DNA of 39,596 nucleotides from a virus. Its lineage: Duplodnaviria; Caudoviricetes. The notes under the pieces are model-generated. The model saw nothing but the letters and a program-made list of their open reading frames with translations, was not told where the DNA came from and did not search any database. The translations under genes and the position numbers were made by a program. Below, piece by piece: positions 1-11,000 of the stretch. The stretch spans positions 1 to 39,596 of IMG/VR virus record IMGVR_UViG_3300032103_000300. The stretch is one strand, 5' to 3'. Every line of letters starts with the position of its first letter. Positions within the stretch are counted from its first letter, which is position 1.

Positions 1-1
1 G

Positions 2-142
2 TTAACAGGCCCAGCAGGTAATGGTGGCAATGGTGGATTCCCCGCGGGCGGTGGCGGTGGCGGTGGCGCATCGCGTAATGGCACAGGTGGAACCGGCGGC
101 AACGGCGGCAACGGCAGAGTTACTATAATGGGGGTGTTGTAA
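2..142 (+). CDS. 3' end of glycine-rich tail fibre protein (5'-truncated)
   Basis: Frame 2 reads LTGPAGNGGNGGFPAGGGGGGGASRNGTGGTGGNGGNGRVTIMGVL*. TAA 140-142 abuts the next GTG start. A Gly-rich C-terminus ending G-x-V-x-I is typical of phage fibre tips. Confidence 0.8.
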   Translation, partial: LTGPAGNGGNGGFPAGGGGGGGASRNGTGGTGGNGGNGRVTIMGVL

Positions 143-397
143 GTGAGAGCGGCGGTAATTGAGAACGGAGTAGTCACTAACATTATCGTGGTAGAAAGCC
201 TAGACTGCTTGCCGGGCTTATGCCTAATAGACGCACAAGGTGCGGACATCGGCGACGAGTGGGACGGGGTGCAGTTTATTCGTCCTGTGCCTGCACCTGC
301 TACCCTTTTTTCTGAGAGTGAGGTAGAGCAACTACGACGTGAGATTGTGGAGTTAAAAGAAGTTATAGATATAATGTTAGGAGGGCAGGCTATATGA
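143..397 (+). CDS. Tail fibre-associated small protein (putative chaperone/assembly factor)
   Basis: MRAAVIENGVVTNIIV...IGDEWDGVQF pattern typical of genes following Gly-rich fibres; short C-terminal coiled coil. Confidence 0.65.
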   Translation: MRAAVIENGVVTNIIVVESLDCLPGLCLIDAQGADIGDEWDGVQFIRPVPAPATLFSESEVEQLRREIVELKEVIDIMLGGQAI

Positions 398-561
398 ATC
401 ACGAGCGACGAAAAAATTTAGCTCAACAATTTGCAGAAACTCAACGAGGCGCTAAAGTTTTGAAAGACGCGACTCAAGAGCTACAAGAATATCTAGAAGC
501 AAAAGATAGGAATTTTAGACCTATTAGGAGAGTGCGAGATGCCCAGCAGATACGAAAATAG
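394..561 (+). CDS. Hypothetical 55-aa protein (not in ORF track)
   Basis: ATGA overlap with previous stop, AGGAGG upstream; MNHERRKNLAQQFAETQRGAKVLKDATQELQEYLEAKDRNFRPIRRVRDAQQIRK*. Confidence 0.6.
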   Translation: MNHERRKNLAQQFAETQRGAKVLKDATQELQEYLEAKDRNFRPIRRVRDAQQIRK

Positions 562-2008
562 CCGCGCGGCTCTTTTATCTGACACACCTACTCCCCCCGT
601 CCAGGCTTTCGTTCCTCAAACCGTGACACTAGGAACAGGCTCAGGCCAACTAACCTTAATACAACGCCCGAATGATGGGCCTTTGCAGACAGTAGTTGGG
701 GGGGGAGAGAGTTGGCTACCCCCAGGCTTCAATCCCGTCCAAACTACTATTCCTCCCGCTTTTCAGCCTCGAACTTTTTCACAAGAAATTCGTGAAATGC
801 ACCAACAACAGCTCCAAGCTCAAAAATTGGCGGCACGAAATAAAGCAGACTCTTCCAAGGCTGCGATAGAGAGACAACGAGGAGCTCTAGACCCTCAGTT
901 TCACAGGGAAAAAGTGGAAGCTGATACTGCAGCTGTAGTTGCGGGCAGACGTCTAAGTGAAAGACTATCTACAATGGGATTAGGCGGTAGTGGAGAGAAT
1001 ATCAGTGCTGGGGCCCGACTCGAAGCCGCGAGACAGGGCGCTTTCTCTGATATTGTTCAACGGCGTACCCAAGCACATCAAACCTTCGACCAGCACCAAG
1101 CAGATATTGAGATGGCACTTGCCAACGATGTGCAGCAGCTTTATGCTGCTGTGGGTGCGCAAGAAGCGCAAGCTTTATTACAAGACTTAATGCGACACGA
1201 GCAGATGCGGTATCAAGTACACCGTGACTCGGTTGGCGATTCTCAATGGGAAAGACAATTTGGTGAACAACAAAGACAAAGTGATGCTGCAAATAATAGA
1301 TGGACTCAAGAGTTTGGTTTTCAACAACAAAGAGCAAATGTTGGCGATTCTCAATGGGAAAGACAATTTGGTGAACAACAAAGACAAAGTGATGCTGCAA
1401 ATAATAGATGGACTCAAGAGTTTGGTTTTCAACAACAAAGAGCAAATGTTGGCGATTCTCAATGGGAAAGACAATTTGGTGAACAACAAAGACAAAGTGA
1501 TGCTGCAAATAATAGATGGACTCAAGAGCTAGAATGGTCTCGTAGTGCCGATAATCCAGCTGTAAGGCGGCAAATTTTAGATAATCGAATTAGGGAGTTA
1601 GAAGCCGCACACTTGCCTGAAATACAACGACTGCAACTAGACCAGATTAAGCAAGATTTAGCTAGGGGTACCGTAAACTTAGAACAAGCACGGGTGCAGC
1701 TTAATGCGATTAAAACTCCTGAAGCTCCAAAAGCTACGGATACCTTATCTTTAGTAAAACATTATATCAACCAAATTGAACGTGATTTTAAGATGGATAA
1801 TTATGTAGACTTACCAGCTGAATACGTAACCACGGGAATTTGGCCATTCCGGAAGTCGACCTTGACTAGAGAAGCTCGGACTCGAGAGCAACAACGTGAA
1901 GCTGACATTAAGCGATACATTGAGAATTTAGAAGCAAGTGGGGTACCCACAGAGGTCCTTCGAGAGCTGATGCGCAGCCTCGGTCTCTCAGGTCAAATTA
2001 TTAGATAG
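539..2008 (+). CDS. Putative internal virion / DNA-ejection protein, Gln-rich with 36-aa tandem repeats
   Basis: 489-aa helical Q/R/A-rich ORF with RBS AGGAG, between tail genes and the giant protein, where podovirus ejection proteins usually sit. Confidence 0.65.
   Translation: MPSRYENSRAALLSDTPTPPVQAFVPQTVTLGTGSGQLTLIQRPNDGPLQTVVGGGESWLPPGFNPVQTTIPPAFQPRTFSQEIREMHQQQLQAQKLAARNKADSSKAAIERQRGALDPQFHREKVEADTAAVVAGRRLSERLSTMGLGGSGENISAGARLEAARQGAFSDIVQRRTQAHQTFDQHQADIEMALANDVQQLYAAVGAQEAQALLQDLMRHEQMRYQVHRDSVGDSQWERQFGEQQRQSDAANNRWTQEFGFQQQRANVGDSQWERQFGEQQRQSDAANNRWTQEFGFQQQRANVGDSQWERQFGEQQRQSDAANNRWTQELEWSRSADNPAVRRQILDNRIRELEAAHLPEIQRLQLDQIKQDLARGTVNLEQARVQLNAIKTPEAPKATDTLSLVKHYINQIERDFKMDNYVDLPAEYVTTGIWPFRKSTLTREARTREQQREADIKRYIENLEASGVPTEVLRELMRSLGLSGQIIR
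1232..1528 (+). repeat. Perfect 108-bp coding tandem repeat, 2.75 copies
   Basis: Units start at 1232, 1340 and 1448 and encode VGDSQWERQFGEQQRQSDAANNRWTQEFGFQQQRAN. Confidence 0.97.
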
Positions 2009-2020
2009 GGGGAGTAATTC

Positions 2021-5000
2021 GTGCCCATAAGATGGAAAGAGCCTGAAAAGAAGCCAACAACGCCTAAGGTAGATATAAAGAGTTCTGCAACAGCTCCACG
2101 CTATGTGGCGCCCACTGTTGCCCCCCCTTCAGTTCCCGCTGTGGTTAAGGCACCTTCTGCTCCAAAGTGGGTGCAGTCCGCTCCTGCGCCCGCTCCTGCG
2201 CCCAGTCGCAAAGGGAGTGACCAACGCCAATCGGCACCTCTTACTCCACGAGCAAGAACTAATAATCAACGTCAGCCTATGCCTGTCTCTATTGCTCCAC
2301 CTTCTCCTCCTAAAGAAGGCTTCAAATGGGAGGACTTGAAAGCACTAGAAGTGGGCAACTTGCAGACTCATTTGGCCGATGCACAAAGACAGGTAATGTT
2401 TGACCCTAATAATCCTGAAAAAGCGAAGGCTGTCGAAATACTACAGCAGCAACTAAACGATGCGCAGATTGATACAAGTAACAAGACTTTCTTAGCTCGG
2501 GGCGTTATTGGTGCTTTGAAGCAGCTACCTCTAAGGGGCAGGTCTCTAGTACATGGGGCCAAGTATGGAGCTCCTGGAGCCGCAGTAGGAGCTGGCGCGG
2601 CAGCAATTGCCGGTCAATTAGGTCCACAAATCGCCCTTCCCGAAGAAATTGCCACAGTGCCATTAGGAGCGTGGTTTGGCGCTAAAACTGGCATGAAGCT
2701 TGGTTCTACGATTTATATGGCTCAGCAAGAGATGGGCCCCGCCTACTTCCAATATAGGTCACAAGGAATGACGCATGAAGAAGCATTTGCACCTGCACTA
2801 GCTGCTGGCGTGATAAATGGTGTGGTTGAAACTCTCCAGTTGGACCGATTTATCAAAACTATACCCGGTTTGGGCACAGCTATAGATGAAGTTAAAAAGA
2901 GAGCTGTTTTAGAAATAATGAAGAATTATGCACAATATGTGGCTCTCGAGACAAGTGAAGAAGTAATCCAAAGCCTGGTAACTAATACGATGGGGCAAAT
3001 TGCAGCAGCTGTAGCTAATAGTAAGAGATTGCCAGAAGACCAGATTGCGGGTATGAGTATTGGCGAGATTTTAAGTGCAGCGGGTCGCGAAGGTGCTGAG
3101 GCATTCCCTGCGGTTTTAGTAGGGGGCTTGCCAGGTCACGTAGCACAAGCGGGAATTGCGACCTTTACGTCGCCTTCAACGCCCTCTTCTATAACACAGC
3201 AAATCCCGGAGGTGAATATAGCTAGTGTTACCCCACAAACAGTGGATGTGCATCAAAAGGGGCCAGAGTACCGACTCCAGACTCTTAATGAGGCTCTGCG
3301 AACGACTTTGGATTCGGTTGGGACCCCCTATCAAGCGGAGATACCCCTCGCGGTGGCAACCTCGCAAGCGACTATTAAGTCCCGACCAGACCTCCAAATT
3401 GCACAGACTTTGTCTAAAAAAATTGGTGTGGAAGTGGTCTTCTATAACCCACAAGACGTAGCAGATTTGCATAATGGAATGTATTACGATGGTGCAATCT
3501 ACATTAACGAGAGAGCACAAAATCCTGCTCATGTAGTCTTTGGACATGAGCTTGTGCATACTTTTACTCCCACAGAAAAAGCAGAATTTAGTTATCTTAT
3601 GAAGGAGCTACGAAAAGACCCAGGCGCACAACAATATTTTAATAAACTCAAGCTAGAACATCAAGTGAGCACGGGCGAGATACTTGATAGAGCGCAACTT
3701 AATGAAGAATTTTTAGGTGACTTTTTGGGGGAAAATTTTACTAACGAGAGTTTCATTGATAAAATCGCTCAAGCGTCTCCATCGCTCGCTAAACGAATTT
3801 GGACAGGCATCAAAAAACTACTAAGTCGTCTTAGCGATGATGCTAAAAATACACCTCATGAACAGGTTCAGGTGCGTCAATTCGTAAAAGACTTAGAAAA
3901 AGCTGAGAATAAATTTGCACAGATAATTGGTGCTCGCATCGAAGCACAAAAAGATATAGCCCAAACTAGTCCAATGAAGGGGGATTCTTTTCTTAAAGCT
4001 TCGGCTAAGATTGGAATTCACGAAGGTGTTAAAAATGCGGACAAGTTTAATATTCCTGAAACACATAAACTCGTAACACCAGAACACGACAGAGGATTAA
4101 TACCTTCTAAGCATAGTGGCATTTTTGATAAAGATGGCTCAAAAACACTTGAGAATAACCTTGCTCCAACGCTTACTTTTTCACAACTACAGGGTTCGGA
4201 AGCTAAAAGGTCCATACCACGAGTCTCTACTAGGCGCGAAGAAAATGTATTTTACTCACAATTAGTTCGAACTATCAACGAAAAAATGCCTGGCACAGCC
4301 GACAAAGCGACCGTACTTGAGATTCTTAATAGTCCCGAAATTAAGCGTGATGAAGTCAAATGGACGAGGGGTCTGGAGAAATGGGTCAGCAGGCAAAAAG
4401 GCGAAATTAAAAAAGAAGAGCTGTTTTCTTATATTCAAGAACATGGCCCCCAATTTGTTCAAAAAATAGTGAAACCTTTGGCTCATAAAAAGAAGGAAAC
4501 TGCATTTTCCTCTAGTAAAGACTATTCTGAACAAGTTTATCATATCGTAGAAAGGGGTTCTATTGAAAACCTCAAATCACTTAAGGATACGACACGTGCC
4601 GTTAGAGAAGAAGGATTCAAGAGATTTTCGACCAAGCGAATAGATAATTTTTACTCCCAACTAGTTAAAGACATAGAAAAAAAGATACCTTATAAGACTA
4701 CTAAAAAAGCTTTACTATCTATCATAGAAGGACCAGCCATTAAACCCGAAGAAGTCAAATGGGCAGGCAAGTTAAAAGAATGGGTAGAGGCTCAAGATGA
4801 GCCCATTCTAAAGGAAGATATAATTGCTCATATTCATGAATATAGTCCAGAATTTGTCACGAGCTCGTTAAAAGCAGAGGAGTCCATTTATCGGCCAATA
4901 CTTCCTTTTGCTGCGAGTCGTGCATACCAAGAGAATTTTTACCACATAAACCAGCGCCCTGCTAAAGCTCGTACCTCCAAGGAGATTCAAGAATTAAAAG

Positions 5001-8000
5001 ATAATATTGAAGCTGCTCGAAAAGCTTTATATGACTACTGGGACATCACTAGTGGTTCCATGGGCAGCGCAGTAGCTGATGCTATTCCTAGGGAAGTTAG
5101 GGTGAGACATGAACCAGCACTAGGAAGAGAGCTAGCGAAGAGACGTGCCGAGTACACTCGAGCCACACAAAATCTTCCTTTTGCAGGCTATAAAACTGGC
5201 CATTTTGACGATAAGGCACCTATAGATTTAATCGCGCATTCTCGCACTGATATGCTTACCACTCGTCGTAAAGAGCGAGTCCTACACGTGCATGAGATAC
5301 AAAGCGATTGGCATCAGACTGGCAGAAGAGAAGGTTACGGGACTCTAAATCAGTATTCTTCGAATCCTCCAGAAGGCCCACACTCCAAAACTTGGCCAGA
5401 ATTTGTAGCTAAAAATATCTTGAACCAAGCAATAGAAACAAACGCAGAATATATTACCTGGTCCACTCCTGAGCAACAAGTTGAATTATATGGGACAGAC
5501 GTTTATGCATGGATGGGATACCATGATGCTAAAGGAAATCCAGCATGGGATATTCGATACAGAGAAACAAAACAGTCGCAGTACATGACCTACTTAGATA
5601 CTATTCGTAACTTTGAAGAGCTGGACCAAATTGCTCCTGACCATATTGCCAAAAAAATCTGGGCGAACATCCAGCAGAGCCCTGGTTTCGGGACCTTCAA
5701 GCCTCGCGAGAGAGGCATGGAAATATTTTATGGTACTTATGTACCTAAAGCATTCGAGAGCGCCTTAAGAGAGATAGGACAAAAGTTTGTTCCCATAGAA
5801 TTAGAAGTAGTTGACGCCGATGGTCAGCGTCACCTACAGCCGGGATTCAAATTCACAACTGAGATAGCTAAAGCTATTAAAGATAAAGGCTTTAAGAAGT
5901 TCTCAACAAAAAGAGATAATTTTTATTCTCAGTTGGTTAGGACTATAGAGCGAAAGATGCCTAAAACAGCGGATAAGCAAATGGCCCTTCAAATTTTAAG
6001 GAGTCCTGAAGTTAAGCCAGAAGAAGTTAAATGGGTTAGAGGGATTGAAGCTTGGATACATAAACAGGAAGGGAAAGTTAAAAAAGACGATTTGCTTACC
6101 TATATTTATGAGCATAGTCCACGATTTACGTCTATAAATCTTCCTGGGACTTATTATGCGGCATATACACCTTTCCGTCCCAGTGATAAATATTTAGAAA
6201 ATCTTTATCATATTGAGAAACTGGCTCCGACCATAGAAGACCCTCAAATATTGATAGATTTAATAGACGAAGCAAAACTTGCTCGGAATCGACTGGATGA
6301 ATATCAGGAAACGCTTATAAAAAAATATCCAATAGTGCCTGGGGATCCAGTATTACCTTTGACTAGAGAAGAACACGAAAAATTAAGTGAATTATATGAT
6401 GCTTGGATACTATCAGATAATGCGGTCTTGAGTCTTCAAGCTGACAAACCTTTTATAGGTTATATAGCCCCTCATTTTTCTAGGGCTGCGGATAACATAC
6501 CAGATATAATTGCTCACTCTCGCACGGACATCTTAGACAATCCAGAAAAAGAGCGAGTTCTTCACATTTTTGAAATTCAGAGTGACTGGCATCAAGCTGG
6601 GAGGAAGTACGGATACAATAAACAAGACCCACGAGGAAACATAACCCCCGAGGGCCCACATTCCAAAACCTGGCTAGAACTTGCAGTTAAAAATCTCCTG
6701 AATCAAGCGGTACATTCTGACGCAAAATATATTACTTGGGCTACCTCTAAACAGCAAGTTGAAGTGAATGGGACAGATGTGTTTGAATGGGTACAGTTAA
6801 GGGATGATGAAGGCCTTGAAAAATGGGAAGTGAAATACACTAAAACCACTTTGAATAACAAACGAGTACTTTTAGGTTATATTGAGACACTTGAAGATTT
6901 GCGGGAAAAACTTCAGGGCTCATACTATACCGCTAATAAAGTATGGAACGCAATGCAACAAGACCCATTTGGTATGATTAAGCCAAGAGAAGAAGGCATG
7001 GAAATATTTTATGGTACTTATGTACCTAAAGCATTCGAGAGCGCCTTAAGAGAGATAGGACAAAAGTTTGTTCCCATTACTGTGACCGTTGTGGACGACT
7101 CTAATCAAGGTCGGAAACAGCCAGGCATTGAAATTACCCCAGAAATAGTCAAGGCAATTCAAGACAAGGGTTTTAAGAAATTCTCCACTAAGAGGGGTTT
7201 TTACTCCCAGCTATATAAAACCGTGGAAAAAAAGATGCCTAAAACAGCGGATAAGCAAGTTGTTCTGAATATCTTACAGAGTCCCGAAATTAAACCCGAT
7301 GAGGTCCTGTGGACTAGAGGCCTGAAATTTTGGATAAATAGCCATGAAGGCAAAATTAACAAAACTGACTTACTTGCATATATTCATGAAGCGAGTCCTT
7401 CGTTCATCAAGACATCATTAACTCGTAATAACACAGCATATAGGGGAATGTTACCTTTCAGCGCTAGCGAAGACTATTCGGAAGACTTGTACCACATTGA
7501 AGCACAGCAACCTCTTGAGAAAGACCCAATTGTGATAGAAGAACTAAAAACTAAACTTCAAGCTGCAGATAGGGCACTTGATGATTATCGCCTATATCAG
7601 AATAATAGAACTCTCCCCGATGACTACCAAGCACGAACAAAACTCTTAGCCAAAGAGTTGCTCGAAGCCGAGAGATTAATGCGGAATTGGCAAAAAGCAA
7701 AGAAGCATCTAGATAAGGTCACTATCAGGCAGCCTGTGGTTGGCCATTACATAAGACATTTCAGAGGCGTGGGTATTCCTGACGTCTTTGTTCATGTCCG
7801 GACAGATGTGCTTGATACTGCTGACGCCTATGATGCTGTACTACATGTACATGAGATACAAAGTGACTGGCATCAAGACGGCAGAAAGTTTGGCTATGAT
7901 ACTTCCCCCCATAATATACCAGAAGGACCCCATTCTAAAACTTGGCTAGAGTTCGCGGTCAAAAATCTCTTACATGACGCGGCGCTTTCAAATTATCACT

Positions 8001-11000
8001 ATCTTACTTGGTCTACTGGCGACCAGCAAATTAAAATGTATGGGACAGATATTTTCAAATGGAGACGACAATTTGGAAATATCTGGAAGGTCGATTTATA
8101 TGAGTCTACTAATCCTTTTCAAATACTAGAAAACGCCACAATTGGCACTATGCATGGGTTACATGAGATAATAAGCCTATCTGACACCAAAAAAGCAGAG
8201 AAAGTCTGGAAGGCTATTCAAGCAAGTCCAGAACAAGGAAAAATTGAGCCTAGAGCCGCGGGCATGAAAGCATTTTATGAGACACTTGTACCCAAAGCGT
8301 TTGAAGCGGCTCTTCGTGAAATAGGCCAAAAATTTGTTCCTATCACAGTGGAAGTAATTGATGTTAATGATTTTACTCATAAACAGCCAGGCATAGAAAT
8401 TACGCCTGAAATAATACAAGCCATTCATGAGAAGGGCTTCAAAAAGTTTTCTATAAAAAGGAGTCCTAAAGCACAAACTTTAGAACAAAAGATTGCAGAA
8501 TTAAAGGCTCAAATCCCCACAATGTCAAAGACCGCCGCTAATAAGCTAAAAAAAGAATTGGCTCGCTATGAGGCACTATTACAGGAGGTTAAAGATAGGG
8601 AGGTCAAAACAAAACATATTAACGAGATTCGTAAAATCCTCACGCAAAAGCTAATCATCCCACAAATTAAACAACAAGCAAAAGAAGACAGAAAACTGGC
8701 GACAGGAAAGCTACGTCATAGATTAGAAGCAATAAGATTAAAAAAGCGAGAGAAAAGAGCAAAATTATTAGACCGTAGAGTAAAAAAAGATTTACTTGAG
8801 TCCCTAAGACAACTTAAGGCAGCTGAACTTAGGCCTCATTATCGAGCCGCGGCTGACCAGCTTCTGGAAGGATTAGACCTCAAATCCATTAGAATGAACT
8901 TAAATAACAAGCTAAAACTCGAAAAAGCTGCTGCTTTTTTCCAAGCACAACAAGCCCATGACCCTAGCTATGAAATTCCCGAAGGCTTGCAGAATCGTCT
9001 AAGAAGACTGAATCAAAAGAGAATTGGAGACATGAGCGCCGACGATATTCAAGTGCTGCAAGATGCTGTAACACATATCCTCAAACTCAATGAGCTTACG
9101 AATAAGTTAATAGCAGATAGGGGCCTTAAAGAATTCGAGAGCGTAAAACAAGCCGCACTACGTGGCATTAATGCGCCCAATAATAAGCAAATAAAAAGAA
9201 TGCACTGGTTGCAAAAACAGTGGGACTATCTTATGAAGACAGGAGCTTTGATGCCTGAGATGTTGGCCGCCCGATTGCTAGGCTGGGACCGAAATAATGA
9301 GGCCTACAAAGTCCTCTATACTGACATGGAGGAAGGGCAGCGGAAGATGTATGGGAAGCAACAAGAGATAGAGAATTATCTCGATGAGCAATGGAAGGGC
9401 ATAGATACCATTAAATGGGATGCAAATAAGCATGATGTGAAGCTTGCAAGTGGTACTTATAAACTTACCTCTGGCGAGAAAATCTCCCTTTATTTGCATT
9501 CTTTGCATCCACAAAATCGAGCCCACATTATAGAGGGCGGATTTACCACAGAAGAGAATTTAGCAGTTACAAAACTTACAGCTGAAGATTTAGCTAAAAT
9601 AGGGACCGAGCTTAAGCCTCAAGAATTAGACGTAGCAAAGTCAATCCACCATATGTTTAATGAGATGCTCAGCAAAGCAATCAATGAGACCTCTGTGAAA
9701 CTTAAAGGATATGAAATTGCTAGAGTTAGAGATTATTTCCCTATTATAACAGAGAAGATGCTGCAGGATAAAGACTTCCCCTCTCACTTACGAAAGGCTG
9801 TTCTCGAACAAGCTGGATACCTAAAGACCCGCCAAGGGGGGACTAATGCAATAAGGCTTGAGAGTGTTTTCCGAGTAGTAGAACGAAGTAAAAATATGGT
9901 CTCCGCTTATTATGGTCAAGCAATTCCTCTCCGAAACTTAAAAATGCTGCTAGGTAATGCAGACGTCAGTAACGCTATCCTCAAAAAATATGGTGAGAAC
10001 GTGCTTGAGATTTATCAGAGGCTGTGGCAGCAATTAGAAGGTAATCGAGAACGATTAAATCCTTCTGACCGAGCTATCAAAACAACCATGCATAATGTTA
10101 TCCAATCTATTTTAGGCTTGGGACCATGGATATGGTTCAAACAATTAGCTTCCATTCCCTCAGCCTGGGCAGATATTGATGCTAAATATCTGGCTCAAGG
10201 TGTGGCAACGAAAGCTGACTGGAAAACTATGGAAGCTAAGTCACCAATTATGTGGCTCCGTCGCCGAGGATATATCAATCCCGAAGCAGGAGAAATTGCA
10301 AGACGCAGACAGGAACATCGCAAGCCTGGTTCCTGGACGACTATGCCTATCCAGACTTTTGATAATATGGCTATTGCCTCAGTCTGGAATGCCGTCATAG
10401 CAGAAACTAAAGACTTAGAACCCCAACTATCGGGCGATGCCTTCTGGGACCGCGTGGCACGAAGGACTGAAAAAATCATCTTTCATACTCAACCTAATTT
10501 TAGCGCCCTCCAACGTTCAGATGTAGCAAGAACTGAGTCCGTACTACTTCGTTTAGCAACGCTATTTGCTTCACAACGAAACACTAACTATAATCTTCTC
10601 TATGAAGCTGGGGTTGAAGCTTCCCAAGGTAACTATAAAAAAGCCACGAGAATCGTCTCAGCTGTAGCTGCTGGCTCGTTAACAGTTGCCGCGATTGACC
10701 TGGTGAGATTCAAATGGCGAGACCGAGAGGACCAAGAAGAACTTGCTTACCTCACGGAACAATTCGCAGTTGCCTTAATGAGTAATGCATATTTCGCGGA
10801 ATCTCTATATAGTATTCTAATTAAGGGTAGGGCTCGAGAGGATGCGGTAGATACAGCGATTCAGGACTTCCTTATCGCCACTAGAGATTTAGCAAGTAGC
10901 CCATTTACTCCTGGCACGCTTTCCCCACAAGAGATTCATACTTTATCAATAACGGACCTTAGGGAGGCCGCTACTAGCCGGGGTATTAGCACAGATGGAC

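Noticed and set aside
980-1532. Overlapping repeat-containing ORFs in other frames and strands
   Set aside because: Shadows of the 108-bp repeat inside the 489-aa gene; no RBS support.
5713-7077. 84-bp repeat pair as DGR template/variable repeats
   Set aside because: The copies are identical with no adenine-specific mismatches, both lie mid-gene, and no reverse transcriptase is present in the window.
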